Assembly: GCA_016927565.1 (NCBI GenBank)
Contig: JAFGMK010000015.1
Location: 1,149 to 65,148, forward strand
Source: Minisyncoccota bacterium
Lineage (GTDB): Bacteria > Patescibacteriota > Microgenomatia > PFEM01 > JAFGMK01
Length of the DNA: 64,000 nucleotides
Reading direction: 5' to 3'
Part shown: positions 37,804 to 47,520 of the stretch, one piece after another
Layout of the letters: every line of letters starts with the position of its first letter
Position numbering within the stretch: position 1 is the stretch's first letter
Program-made: the position numbers and the translations under genes
Notes under the pieces: model-generated
Database searches by the model: none
Told to the model about the DNA's origin: nothing
The model's input: only the letters and a program-made list of their open reading frames with translations

Positions 37804-38816
37804 TTAAAATAGAACCGGTTGCCGACAAGAAAATCTGGGAAAAGTTTGTTTTATCCCAATCGCCCACCACCTTTCTTCAATCGTGGAATTGGGGCGATTT
37901 TCATCAAAGTTTGGGAAAAAAGATTTTCCGGATTGGTTTTTGGGAGAAGAAAAAAATAACCGGAGCAGTTCTTCTGATTAAAGAAGAAGCTAAAAGAGGT
38001 GTTTTTCTGACTTGTCCCGGCGGGCCGCTGATTGATTGGGAGAACGGGCTTTATTTTCGGTTATTTGTAAAAAAAGTCAAAGAGCTTGCCAAAGAGGAAG
38101 GATGTGTTTTTGCTCGGGTTAGGCCGTCAATTAAGGCGATTGAAAAAAATAAAACGCTTTTTAAAAAAGCCGGCTTTGTCAAGGCGCCGATGCATCTTCA
38201 TGCCGAAACAACCCTCCAGATTGATCTCAACCGCCCGGAAACTGAGATAATAGCTAACATGGAAAAAAAGACCCGCTATTGTCTGCGCCGGGCTCTGAAG
38301 AACAAATTGACTGTTGAGATAAGCCGGAAAATTGAGGACATCGAATTGCTTTACCGGTTGCAAATGGCGGTGGTCGGGCGGCGGGGATTTGTTCCCTTCT
38401 CTAAAAACTTTTTTAAAAAACACTTTTTAGCTTTTGCAGAGGATAATCAAATCGCTCTGATCAAGGTTAGCTTAGACAAAGAGCTGTTGGCGATTGGAAT
38501 GTTTGTTTTCTACGGCGATACCGCCGTTTATCATTATTCCGGATCTGTTACCACTCAGCCTCAGGCTTTTGCTTCCTATGCCATGATTTGGGCTGCTGTT
38601 AAAGAAGCGAAAAGAAGAGGTCTTAAGGTTCTGGATCTGTGGGGAATTGCTCCCAGCGATGATCCTCGGCATCGTTTTGCCGGGGTGACCCGATTTAAAA
38701 AAGGGTTTGGCGGTAATCGCGTCGATTGGCTTCCTGCCCGCGACTTGCCTTTTTCTAAAAAATACTGGGGCATTTTTGCTTTTGAGAGCTTGCGCCGCAT
38801 TTTACGTCACTTGTGA
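37800..38816 (+). CDS. FemAB-family peptidyltransferase (peptidoglycan interpeptide bridge formation / lipid II aminoacyl transferase)
   Basis: N-terminal FLQSWNWGDFHQSLGKK...; C-terminal YHYSGS...DLWGI, typical FemABX signatures. Confidence 0.7.
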   Translation: MIKIEPVADKKIWEKFVLSQSPTTFLQSWNWGDFHQSLGKKIFRIGFWEKKKITGAVLLIKEEAKRGVFLTCPGGPLIDWENGLYFRLFVKKVKELAKEEGCVFARVRPSIKAIEKNKTLFKKAGFVKAPMHLHAETTLQIDLNRPETEIIANMEKKTRYCLRRALKNKLTVEISRKIEDIELLYRLQMAVVGRRGFVPFSKNFFKKHFLAFAEDNQIALIKVSLDKELLAIGMFVFYGDTAVYHYSGSVTTQPQAFASYAMIWAAVKEAKRRGLKVLDLWGIAPSDDPRHRFAGVTRFKKGFGGNRVDWLPARDLPFSKKYWGIFAFESLRRILRHL

Positions 38817-38916
38817 AAGCCAATCGGAAGGCAGGTCAAATGATTTTCTAATCGCTTGACTTGGGTAATTAGGTTATAATAGACTAATAAATTAGCCGGG
38901 CAGGATAGAGGGATAA

Positions 38917-39297
38917 ATGGCCAAAAACGGCAACCATAAACAAGCTTTTAAAAATGCCCTTGCCGGTTTATGGCTTTCGTTCAAAACAGAAAGAAATCTA
39001 AGATTAATGGGGATCATTTCTGTTTTGGTTCTGCTGCTCTCTTTTTTTTTGAAGGTTTCCCTGATTGAATTTACGATTATTGTCTGGGCAATCTTCGCCG
39101 TTTTGGCAGTGGAGATGATTAACACTTCGCTGGAGGCGATTACTGATTTGGTCAGGGAGGAGTGGCATCATCAGGCTAAGTTAGCTAAGGATGTTGCCGC
39201 CGGAATGGTTCTGTTGGCGGTTTTGGGATCGGTTGTCGTCGGCAGTCTGATCTTTATCCCCAAGATTTTAAACTTAGTATTTAGTATTTCTGCCTAA
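38917..39297 (+). CDS. dgkA: Diacylglycerol kinase / undecaprenol kinase family (DgkA)
   Basis: 126-aa three-TM protein; N-terminus FKNALAGLWLSFKTERNLRLM...VLAVEMINTSLEAI matches the DgkA family. Confidence 0.7.
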   Translation: MAKNGNHKQAFKNALAGLWLSFKTERNLRLMGIISVLVLLLSFFLKVSLIEFTIIVWAIFAVLAVEMINTSLEAITDLVREEWHHQAKLAKDVAAGMVLLAVLGSVVVGSLIFIPKILNLVFSISA

Positions 39298-39314
39298 TAA
39301 CCGGCTTTTATGAC

Positions 39315-40346
39315 ATGGTGCTTTATCTTGGGCTCTTAATTTTTTCCTTTATTATTACTTCGGTTTTAATTATTCCTTTTATCAATCTTCTTTATCGGCT
39401 TAAGTTTTTGAGAAGGAAACAGAAAACTAGGGATTTTCTGGGCCAAAGAACAAGAATTTTTGACCATTTCCACAGTAAGAAAGCGGGCACTCCGGTGGGA
39501 GGAGGATTGCTCATCATTATTGTTGTAAGCCTTCTCTATGCGATTCTCTTTCCGACAATCAGTTATTTGGGAGTTTATATCAGTGCTTCTCATCCTTTGG
39601 GAGATGAGCTTAATGTGATCTTTTTTACCTTTCTCTTTTTTGGTCTTTTGGGCCTTTATGATGATTTTAAGAAGTTTTTCGGATTTGAAAAAAAAGGTTT
39701 TTTTGGCCTTCGTTTGCGGGAAAAATTCCTGATCCAATGGATTCTGGCTTTGGTGATTGCTTTTTTGTTGCGTTTTAATCTGGGAATCGATTTTGTTCAT
39801 ATTCCTTTTTTAGGTCAAGTTCAGCTTGGTTTTTGGTATATTCCTTTTAGCGCTTTTATTATCGTTGCCTTTGCCAATGCCTATAACATCACTGACGGTC
39901 TGGACGGTCTTTCAACCGGCCTTTTAATGATTTGTCTTTTTGCCTTCTGGCTTTTGTCATCTGCTGTCCTGGATACGGCTCTTTCGGCTTTTATTGCTCT
40001 TTGGTTGGGCGGGATAATTGCTTTTTTGTATTTTAATGTTTATCCGGCCCGGATTTGGCTGGGCGATGTTGGCGCCCTTTCTTTCGGAGCCACTTTGGCG
40101 GTGGTCGGTTTATTAATTGGCAAGATTGCCGCTCTGGGTGTTATCGGCGGATTTTACTTACTTGAAGGAATGACCAGTTTACTTCAAATTCTGGCTAAGA
40201 AAATTTTTAAAAAGAGAATTTTTACCGTTGCTCCCTTCCATTTATGGCTTCAGAATCGAGGCTGGGAAGAGTCTAAAATTGTGGCCCGGGCATGGTTAGC
40301 GGGATTAATGCTGGCGATTTTTGGCCTTTGGCTGGCAATGATTTAA
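39315..40346 (+). CDS. mraY: Phospho-N-acetylmuramoyl-pentapeptide transferase MraY
   Basis: NAYNITDGLDGLSTG and polytopic membrane architecture. Confidence 0.9.
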   Translation: MVLYLGLLIFSFIITSVLIIPFINLLYRLKFLRRKQKTRDFLGQRTRIFDHFHSKKAGTPVGGGLLIIIVVSLLYAILFPTISYLGVYISASHPLGDELNVIFFTFLFFGLLGLYDDFKKFFGFEKKGFFGLRLREKFLIQWILALVIAFLLRFNLGIDFVHIPFLGQVQLGFWYIPFSAFIIVAFANAYNITDGLDGLSTGLLMICLFAFWLLSSAVLDTALSAFIALWLGGIIAFLYFNVYPARIWLGDVGALSFGATLAVVGLLIGKIAALGVIGGFYLLEGMTSLLQILAKKIFKKRIFTVAPFHLWLQNRGWEESKIVARAWLAGLMLAIFGLWLAMI

Positions 40347-40373
40347 ATCAGAAAACCCGCAATTGTTCCCGGA

Positions 40374-41816
40374 ATGCCCGTTACTTCCGGTCCGGAATTG
40401 AAAGTTAATGATAAAAAAAATACGATGGACTTTAAAGATAAAAAAATCGCTATTTTGGGGTTGGGAATTGAAGGTCTGAGTCTGATCCGCTTTTTTACCC
40501 CGAAAAAGGCTTTGTTAACTGTTTTTGATATTAAAACCCCGGCTGAATTAGGGTCAATTTATGCTGATCTTAAAAAACAGAATCTCAAAATCTCCTGGGG
40601 TAAAAACTATCTTAAAAATGGTCTTTTAGACTTTGATTTTATTTTCCGCTCGCCGGGCGTTAAGCTTTCTCTGCCGGCTGTAGTACAGGCCCGCAGGGCA
40701 GGAATTCCTGTCTCCAGCGCGACCAGGATTTTTTTTAAAGAATGCCCGGGAAAAATCATTGGCGTTACCGGAACTAAGGGCAAAGGAACCACGGCCACCC
40801 TTATTTATGAAATTTTAAAAAAATCAGGGAAGCAGGTTTTTCTTGTCGGCAATATCGGCCGGCCGGCTTTAGATGTTTTGCCTCGGCTCAATTCTTCTTC
40901 CTGGATTGTTTATGAGCTTTCCAGTTTTCAGCTTCAGGATTTAAACCGGAGTCCCCAGATTGCTGTAGTTTTATTTGTGACTGCCGATCATCTTGATTAT
41001 CATCAAACAGTAGGAGAATATGTTGAAGCGAAGAAGAAAGTTGTTTTTTTCCAGTCTGCAAAGGACTGGGCAGTTTTAAATGCTGATAATTCGACTTCGG
41101 CTGGTTTCTCTTCCCTGACCAAGGCCCGGATTTGTTATTTCAGTCGCCGAAAGAAAGTAAAGAACGGGGCTTATGTCCGGCGGAACCGGCAATTGATCCT
41201 TTCTCGGGACGGCAGAGAGTCAGTTCTTGGCCAGGTTAGCAATCTCAAACTTTTGGGCCGGCACAATTGGGAAAATGTGGCCGCGGCGGCCGCGGCGGCC
41301 CGTCTCGCCGGGGCGAGTCTGCCGGCGATAAAGCGGATTATTTTTTCTTTTACCGGCCTGGAGCATCGTCTCGAATTAGTAGCGAAAATTAGGGGAGTTA
41401 AATTTTATAATGATTCTTTTTCGACCACTCCGGAAACAGCCGCGGCTGCTATCCGGGCATTTTCTCAACCGGTGATTTTAATTGCCGGCGGTTCGGAAAA
41501 AGGAGCTGATTTTACTGATTTGGGGCGGACAATTGCCGGTTCTTCAGTAAAAACCCTGGTTTTAATTGGCCGGATGAGTCATCGGATTGAAAAAGCGGCT
41601 TTGAAGGCCGGTTTTGCGGGTCATGTAGTGGCAGGTTTAAGTTCAATGAAGGCTGTTCTTGAAAAGGTTTGGGAAATTGTCCTTCGGGGAGAGGTGGTTT
41701 TACTTTCGCCGGCCTGCGCCTCTTTTGATATGTTTTTAAACTATAAAGATCGCGGCTGCCAGTTTAAAGCTGAAGTTTCGAATTTGAGGCGTTTCAAAAA
41801 AAAGGGGAAAGACTAA
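40374..41816 (+). CDS. murD: UDP-N-acetylmuramoylalanine--D-glutamate ligase MurD (true start possibly the internal ATG at about 40425, MDFKDKKIAILGLG)
   Basis: KIAILGLGIEG Rossmann N-terminus and IIGVTGTKGKGTTATL P-loop. Confidence 0.85.
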   Translation: MPVTSGPELKVNDKKNTMDFKDKKIAILGLGIEGLSLIRFFTPKKALLTVFDIKTPAELGSIYADLKKQNLKISWGKNYLKNGLLDFDFIFRSPGVKLSLPAVVQARRAGIPVSSATRIFFKECPGKIIGVTGTKGKGTTATLIYEILKKSGKQVFLVGNIGRPALDVLPRLNSSSWIVYELSSFQLQDLNRSPQIAVVLFVTADHLDYHQTVGEYVEAKKKVVFFQSAKDWAVLNADNSTSAGFSSLTKARICYFSRRKKVKNGAYVRRNRQLILSRDGRESVLGQVSNLKLLGRHNWENVAAAAAAARLAGASLPAIKRIIFSFTGLEHRLELVAKIRGVKFYNDSFSTTPETAAAAIRAFSQPVILIAGGSEKGADFTDLGRTIAGSSVKTLVLIGRMSHRIEKAALKAGFAGHVVAGLSSMKAVLEKVWEIVLRGEVVLLSPACASFDMFLNYKDRGCQFKAEVSNLRRFKKKGKD

Positions 41817-42929
41817 ATGAAGCGAGGCAGAAAAAAGACACGGAAGTATAATTTGAAACCGGCTTGTCATGCTCCTGATTGGTGGCTGGTGGGATTAGTT
41901 TTGCTATTGAGCGTCTTTGGCCTGATAATTGTGGCTAATGCCTCAGCGGTGGCGGCCTTTCGTGATTTTGGCAATAAACTTCATTATTTCCGGCTTCAGT
42001 TCCAATGGCTGATTTTAGGTTTGACGGCTTTTGCCGCTGCTTGTTTTTTTCCCTACCAAAAATGGCGGAAACTAGTGCCTCTTTTACTTTTTTTAACTTT
42101 TCTGAGTTTGGTTCTGGTTGTTTTGCCGAAATTCGGCTTTCGGCGTTTTGGAGCCCGACGCTGGCTTAATTTAGGCGGTTTCAGTTTTCAGCCGGCCGAG
42201 TTAACTAAGCTGAGTTTCATTACCTATCTGGCGGCTTATCTGACCAAAAAGGAACAAGTTTGGCCCTTATTGCTGGTTTCCGGGTTGATCCTTTTTTTAG
42301 TCATGCTTCAGCCGGACTTGGGAACGACTTTAATTATTTTGGCGATTGGTTTTGTTGTTTATTTTGTGGGCGGGATGCCCTGGTGGCAAATGCTTGTTCT
42401 GGGATTGGGAGCCTCTCTGGGCAGTTTTTTGCTGATAGTCTTTTCTCCCTACCGGAGGGAGCGGTGGCTGACTTTTTTAGATCCCCAACGAGATCCTCTT
42501 GGAGCTTCTTATCATATCAGGCAGGTTTTGATTGCGCTGGGATCGGGTGGTCTTTTTGGAGTGGGGCTGGGTCAGTCAAGACAAAAATATGAATATCTGC
42601 CGGCGGTAAGTACTGATTCTATTTTCGCAGTAGTGGCTGAAGAATTGGGTTTTGCCGGAGCGGCTGCTCTTGTCCTTGTTTTTGCTTTTTTGATCTGGCG
42701 GGGAATTCGGGTAGCTCAGCTGGCTCCGGATCATTTTGCTCAATTGCTGGCGGTAGGAGTGACAGCCTGGGTTGCTCTCCAAACTTTTATTAATTTGGCG
42801 GCAATGGTAGCTTTGGCACCTTTGACCGGAACGCCGCTGCCTTTTATTTCTTACGGCGGCTCGTCATTGCTTTTAATTCTGCTGGGAATGGGCATCCTGG
42901 TTAATATCTCCCGGCAAACCCTTTCTTAA
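41817..42929 (+). CDS. ftsW: SEDS-family peptidoglycan glycosyltransferase FtsW
   Basis: 10-TM SEDS protein with STDSIFAVVAEELGFAGA motif, between murD and murG. Confidence 0.85.
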   Translation: MKRGRKKTRKYNLKPACHAPDWWLVGLVLLLSVFGLIIVANASAVAAFRDFGNKLHYFRLQFQWLILGLTAFAAACFFPYQKWRKLVPLLLFLTFLSLVLVVLPKFGFRRFGARRWLNLGGFSFQPAELTKLSFITYLAAYLTKKEQVWPLLLVSGLILFLVMLQPDLGTTLIILAIGFVVYFVGGMPWWQMLVLGLGASLGSFLLIVFSPYRRERWLTFLDPQRDPLGASYHIRQVLIALGSGGLFGVGLGQSRQKYEYLPAVSTDSIFAVVAEELGFAGAAALVLVFAFLIWRGIRVAQLAPDHFAQLLAVGVTAWVALQTFINLAAMVALAPLTGTPLPFISYGGSSLLLILLGMGILVNISRQTLS

Positions 42930-42932
42930 AAA

Positions 42933-44030
42933 ATGAGCGGAAAAAAAGTTGTTATTACCGGCGGCCATCATAATTGTGCTTTAGTAGTGGCGGAGAAACT
43001 GCGCCGGCGGGGCTGGCAGGTTTTCTGGTTTGGTCACAAATTCACGATGCTGAAAGATCAGCGCTTGAGCGCTGAATATCAGGAGGTTAAGAAGGCGGGC
43101 TTTGATTTTTATGAGATCAAGGCCGGCAAGATCAGCCGGAATGACCGGTTAAGCTATCTTTTTCGTTTGCCTCAGGGGTTTGTTCAGTCTGCCGACCGGC
43201 TTCTCAAAATAAAACCTGATTTGATTATTTCCTTTGGCGGTTATCTGGCAGTGCCGGTGGTGGTGACAGGCTGGTTCTTGAGGATTCCTTCAATTACCCA
43301 TGAACAAACGGCAGTTTATGGTTGGGCTAATTGCCTGATTGGCCGATTGGCTCAAAAAATCCTTGTTTCCTGGTCCAGTTCTCTGAAACATTTTCCGGCC
43401 AAAAAGGTAGTTTTCACCGGCCTTCCTCTCCGTAAAGAAATTTTTTTAAAAGGAAGAAAAATATCGTTTAACAATAAAAAACCGACTATTTACATTACCG
43501 GCGGTAAGCAGGGATCTCATTTGCTAAATCAGGCTGTCGGTTCTTCTCTTAAAGCACTTTTATTGAGTTATAATCTGATTCATCAATGTGGCAGCAATAG
43601 CATTTTCAATGATCGGCTTTGGCTTGAAAGATTAGCTCGGCATTTGCCTTCCGGGCTTAGGAAAAATTATCTGGTCAGGGACTATTTTTACCGAGACCAA
43701 ATCGGTCCGGTTTTTGCTTCAGCTGATTTAATAGTCAGCCGGGCCGGAGCCCATACTGTTTATGAGATCGCTGCTTTGGGGAAGCCGGCACTTTTGATTC
43801 CCATTCCCTGGAGCCATGCCCGGGAACAACAAAAAAACGCTCAAAGACTAGAAAAAATTGGACTGGCCGAAATTTTGCCTCAGGACCGGCTCAGTCCTAA
43901 GAGTTTGATTGAAGCTCTTGCCGGAATGGCGGCTGATCTTGATTTTTACCGGCAGAATGCCCCCAAAGCCCTAAATCTGATTTCGCTTGATGCGGCGGAA
44001 AAAATTGTTGATCTGGTCGAGAAATTATGA
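42933..44030 (+). CDS. murG: Undecaprenyldiphospho-muramoylpentapeptide beta-N-acetylglucosaminyltransferase MurG
   Basis: GT28 architecture. N-terminal VVITGGHHNCALVVAEKL; C-terminal YITGGKQGSH motif. Confidence 0.8.
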   Translation: MSGKKVVITGGHHNCALVVAEKLRRRGWQVFWFGHKFTMLKDQRLSAEYQEVKKAGFDFYEIKAGKISRNDRLSYLFRLPQGFVQSADRLLKIKPDLIISFGGYLAVPVVVTGWFLRIPSITHEQTAVYGWANCLIGRLAQKILVSWSSSLKHFPAKKVVFTGLPLRKEIFLKGRKISFNNKKPTIYITGGKQGSHLLNQAVGSSLKALLLSYNLIHQCGSNSIFNDRLWLERLARHLPSGLRKNYLVRDYFYRDQIGPVFASADLIVSRAGAHTVYEIAALGKPALLIPIPWSHAREQQKNAQRLEKIGLAEILPQDRLSPKSLIEALAGMAADLDFYRQNAPKALNLISLDAAEKIVDLVEKL

Positions 44031-44824
44031 GAGGGCCGGTTTTGTTTTTAAAAACATTACTAATTTTGGGGGCGCTTCTTTTGTTTCTGGTTCTTTTGCT
44101 CAAATGGGGCCGGACTGATCTTTTCCGGGTGAAAGAAGTAGTTTGTTTTAATGGCGGCGGTCGGTGTTCTCCGGTTGTTTGGGCGGGTATTTTTAACTTA
44201 GCATCCCAAAAGCCACTTTTTTTGCTTTCTCCAAGTCGTTTGGAACAGGAGATTGTTCAGGCTTTTCCTCAGTTTGAAAAAGCAAAAATTGCGGTTTTTT
44301 CTTTGCGGAGAATTGAAGTAAAGCTGGATGAGCGTTCGTCTCTGGCGGAAATTTTTTTTGTTCCGGAAGATGGTTCTTTTCTTGAAACTGATCCTGAATC
44401 AATCAATCAGAAATTTCAGCAGCTCAGATCTACAGTAATGAGTTCCTGGTTGGTAGCCAGGGGAGGGATTATTCTAAGAGAAGGGTCTGAGGAAAAAGAT
44501 TTGCCCCGATTATTTTTGGCAACTAAAGAAACTTTGGCTGTTTCAAGAGGAATGAAATTGGCTGATTATTCCTTTGGGGCCGTTTTTGAAGCTCTTGAGG
44601 AATTGGAAAAAAGGGGGATTGTTGTCTGCGAAGGGTTGATTGAGGAAAAAGACAATCTGGCCTTGTTTCTTTTGGCCGACAATCAGGTGTTTCTTTCTCT
44701 TGGGAAAGATCCTGTTTTGCAGGTTGACTCTTTACAAGCAATTTTTAAGCAGGCTAAAATAGAAGGCAAACGGCTCCGGATAGTGGATTTGAGATTTAAT
44801 AAGCCGGTGGTCAGTTTTTTTTAA
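44027..44824 (+). CDS. ftsQ: FtsQ/DivIB-like cell-division protein (TM helix plus POTRA-like domain)
   Basis: Single N-terminal TM helix; positioned between murG and ftsA. Sequence is divergent. Confidence 0.5.
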   Translation: MRGPVLFLKTLLILGALLLFLVLLLKWGRTDLFRVKEVVCFNGGGRCSPVVWAGIFNLASQKPLFLLSPSRLEQEIVQAFPQFEKAKIAVFSLRRIEVKLDERSSLAEIFFVPEDGSFLETDPESINQKFQQLRSTVMSSWLVARGGIILREGSEEKDLPRLFLATKETLAVSRGMKLADYSFGAVFEALEELEKRGIVVCEGLIEEKDNLALFLLADNQVFLSLGKDPVLQVDSLQAIFKQAKIEGKRLRIVDLRFNKPVVSFF

Positions 44825-44826
44825 AA

Positions 44827-46161
44827 ATGTCCAAAGCTAAGATTATTGCCGGAGTTGATGTCGGTTCTTCAAAGGTGGCGACTACTATTGCTTCTGAAGG
44901 TGAGGGAGAAAAGACGATTCGGGTTCTTGGTTCAGCCTCAATTCCTTCCCGGGGAATCAGAAAGGGTCAAATTGTTAACATTGAAGAGGCTTCGGATGTT
45001 ATTATCGAATCGGTCGAGGCGGCGGAAAGAATGGCCGGGTATAGCTTGGGCCATGTTTTCGTTTCAGTTGGTGGCCAGCAAGTGGCTTCTCAGAATTCTA
45101 AAGGAGTAGTTGCTGTAGCTGAGCCGGAAAATGAGATCAATCAGGAGGATGTCCGTCGGGTGACTGAGGCGGCTAAGGCGGTTTCATTACCTTCTTCAAG
45201 GGAAATTGTTAATGTTTTGACCCGAAGTTATTCGGTTGACGGCCAGGGAGGAATTGCTGACCCGGTAGGAATGTCAGGGGTTCGTTTGGAGGTTGAGGCT
45301 CACATTGTCACCGGAGCGACAACGGCGATTAGAAATTTGACAAAGTGCGTTTCTGAAATCGGAGCGGATATTGCCGGTTTGGTAATAACCGGAGTTGCTT
45401 CGGCTGAGGCAGTCTTAACGGAGACTGAGAAGGAGTTGGGGGTAATCTTGATCGATTTGGGTGGGGGAACTACCAGCATGGTGGTTTTCCTTGAGGGGTC
45501 GCCGGCCTACACTTCAATTTTACCGGTTGGAGCGCGAAATGTTACCAATGATTTGGCTATTGGGCTTCGCTTGCCGCTTGATGCGGCGGAAAAGGTTAAA
45601 GTGTATTTGAGTAAAAATCAAAACAGGCCGAAAACAGAAGAACTGGAAAAGAAAAAAAAATCCAAAAGAAGTAAAGATAAACTTCCGATTGTTCCGAAAA
45701 AAGAATGGGAAGATGAGTTCGACTTGGCAATGATTGGCGCGGCGGAAGATTCAAAAAAAGTTTCCCGGCGGACTCTGGTTGAGGGAATTATCCGGCCGAG
45801 GTTGAATGAAATTTTTAATTTGGTAGGGATGGAGCTTAAGAAAAGCGGCTTGGGGGGGATGACTCCTTCCGGAGTGGTTCTTTGCGGCGGAGGAGCTAAG
45901 ACAGTCGGAGTTGTTGATTCAGCCAGAAGAACTCTTTCTTTGCCGGTTAGAGTCGGCTTGCCTCAGGATGTTACCGGCTTGGTTGATGATGTTTTGACGC
46001 CGGAATTTGCCGCTTCGGTTGGTTTGGTTAAATACGCTTTTAAAAAAGGATTTAAAACTAATAAGAGATTTTCTAATCTGGTTGGTCAGACTTTGGCCAA
46101 ATTTAAAGTTCGGGGTCTTGCTGAAAGGGCTTTTGATCTGGTAAAATCGGTTTTACCGTAA
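44827..46161 (+). CDS. ftsA: Cell-division protein FtsA (actin-like ATPase) with a Lys/Glu-rich insertion
   Basis: AKIIAGVDVGSSKVATTIA N-terminal phosphate-1 motif, actin-fold length, upstream of ftsZ. Confidence 0.85.
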   Translation: MSKAKIIAGVDVGSSKVATTIASEGEGEKTIRVLGSASIPSRGIRKGQIVNIEEASDVIIESVEAAERMAGYSLGHVFVSVGGQQVASQNSKGVVAVAEPENEINQEDVRRVTEAAKAVSLPSSREIVNVLTRSYSVDGQGGIADPVGMSGVRLEVEAHIVTGATTAIRNLTKCVSEIGADIAGLVITGVASAEAVLTETEKELGVILIDLGGGTTSMVVFLEGSPAYTSILPVGARNVTNDLAIGLRLPLDAAEKVKVYLSKNQNRPKTEELEKKKKSKRSKDKLPIVPKKEWEDEFDLAMIGAAEDSKKVSRRTLVEGIIRPRLNEIFNLVGMELKKSGLGGMTPSGVVLCGGGAKTVGVVDSARRTLSLPVRVGLPQDVTGLVDDVLTPEFAASVGLVKYAFKKGFKTNKRFSNLVGQTLAKFKVRGLAERAFDLVKSVLP

Positions 46162-46242
46162 AATAGATGATTTTTCTCCTGCCCTGGATAAGCCGAGCGG
46201 TCGGCTTTGGAAGTTTCGCAGTCTTTATTTTAAACTCAAATT

Positions 46243-47457
46243 ATGGCTCTGGTTAAACCTGACACTGCTCGTTTTGCGAAGATCAAGGTTTTGGGGATTG
46301 GCGGCGGGGGCGGGAATGCAATTGATTCCATGATTGCCGATAATCAAATACAGGGGGTTGATTTTGTGGCAATCAATACTGATGCTCAGGCTCTTTTGGC
46401 CAGCAAGGCGCCGATTAAAGTTCAAATCGGGGAAGATCTGACCCACGGGTTGGGTTCGGGAGCTGATCCTGAAACCGGCCGTCAGGCGGCGGAAGAATCC
46501 CGGGAAAAGATCAAGGAGATTGTATTTGATGCCGATATGGTTTTTCTGACTGCGGGAATGGGAGGGGGAACCGGAACCGGAGGAGCTTCAGTAATTGCCG
46601 ATGTAGCTCGCGAGAACGGGGCTTTAACAGTAGCGGTGGTAACGAAACCTTTTGCTTTCGAAGGAACGAGGCGGATGGTAGTGGCTGAGGACGGCATCGA
46701 AAAACTTAAAGAAAAGGTTGATACTTTAATTGTTATTCCTAATCAGCGATTGTTGGATGTGGTTGATCGAAAAATGACTTTGATTGAGGCTTTTAAGCTG
46801 GCAGACGGCGTTTTAGGCCAGGGGGTGCAGGGAATTTCCGATCTGATTACTGTTCCGGGGCTGATTAATCTCGACTTTGCCGATGTCAAAACAGTAATGA
46901 GCAGTGCTGGTTCGGCGCTTTTGGGAATTGGAACAGGGGTCGGGGACAATCGGGCTCAAACTGCCGCCCGGGCGGCCATTTCTTCACCTTTGCTTGACGT
47001 TTCGATTGAGGGGGCAAAAGGAATTCTTTTTAATGTTGTCGGTGGCCGTGATTTAACCATGAATGAGGTTGATGAGGCGGCTAAAATTATTGCCGGCGCG
47101 GCTGATGCTGATGCGAATATCATTTTCGGAGCAACAATTAATGAAGAGTTGGTTGATCAGCTAAAAATTACGGTTATTGCTACCGGTTTTGACGAAGCCC
47201 AGCTGAAGCTGGCTTCCTTTGTGTCTCAGCCTAATCGGCTCAGCGCTACCGGGATTGTTTCCGAGAAACCGAAAGACAAGGACAAAATAAGAGAACCGGA
47301 AGTGATTAAAACCGCTGATGAAGAAGATGAAGAAGGCCTTAAAGCTTCTTCAGACAAAACTGAAGAAAAAAGCAAATTTGAACCTCCGGAGGGCTTACCG
47401 GCCGAGGAATTTGAAGAGGAGATTGACATCCCTGCCTTTCTGCGGCGCGGTCACTAG
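46243..47457 (+). CDS. ftsZ: Cell-division GTPase FtsZ with acidic C-terminal tail
   Basis: Tubulin signature GGGTGTG ([17 protein letters not shown]), NTDAQAL, and a conserved C-terminal peptide (IDIPAFLRR). Confidence 0.95.
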   Translation: MALVKPDTARFAKIKVLGIGGGGGNAIDSMIADNQIQGVDFVAINTDAQALLASKAPIKVQIGEDLTHGLGSGADPETGRQAAEESREKIKEIVFDADMVFLTAGMGGGTGTGGASVIADVARENGALTVAVVTKPFAFEGTRRMVVAEDGIEKLKEKVDTLIVIPNQRLLDVVDRKMTLIEAFKLADGVLGQGVQGISDLITVPGLINLDFADVKTVMSSAGSALLGIGTGVGDNRAQTAARAAISSPLLDVSIEGAKGILFNVVGGRDLTMNEVDEAAKIIAGAADADANIIFGATINEELVDQLKITVIATGFDEAQLKLASFVSQPNRLSATGIVSEKPKDKDKIREPEVIKTADEEDEEGLKASSDKTEEKSKFEPPEGLPAEEFEEEIDIPAFLRRGH

Positions 47458-47520
47458 GATTGGCTTTGGTTAAAGACCTGATATTATACTCCCTTATTTT
47501 TCTGAACAGGGTGTGCTAAA

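Noticed and set aside
41281-41302. GC-rich quasi-palindrome GGCCGCGGCGGCCGCGGCGGCC
   Set aside because: It lies inside murD and simply encodes an Ala run (AAAAAAAR), with no flanking features. Treated as coding low-complexity sequence.
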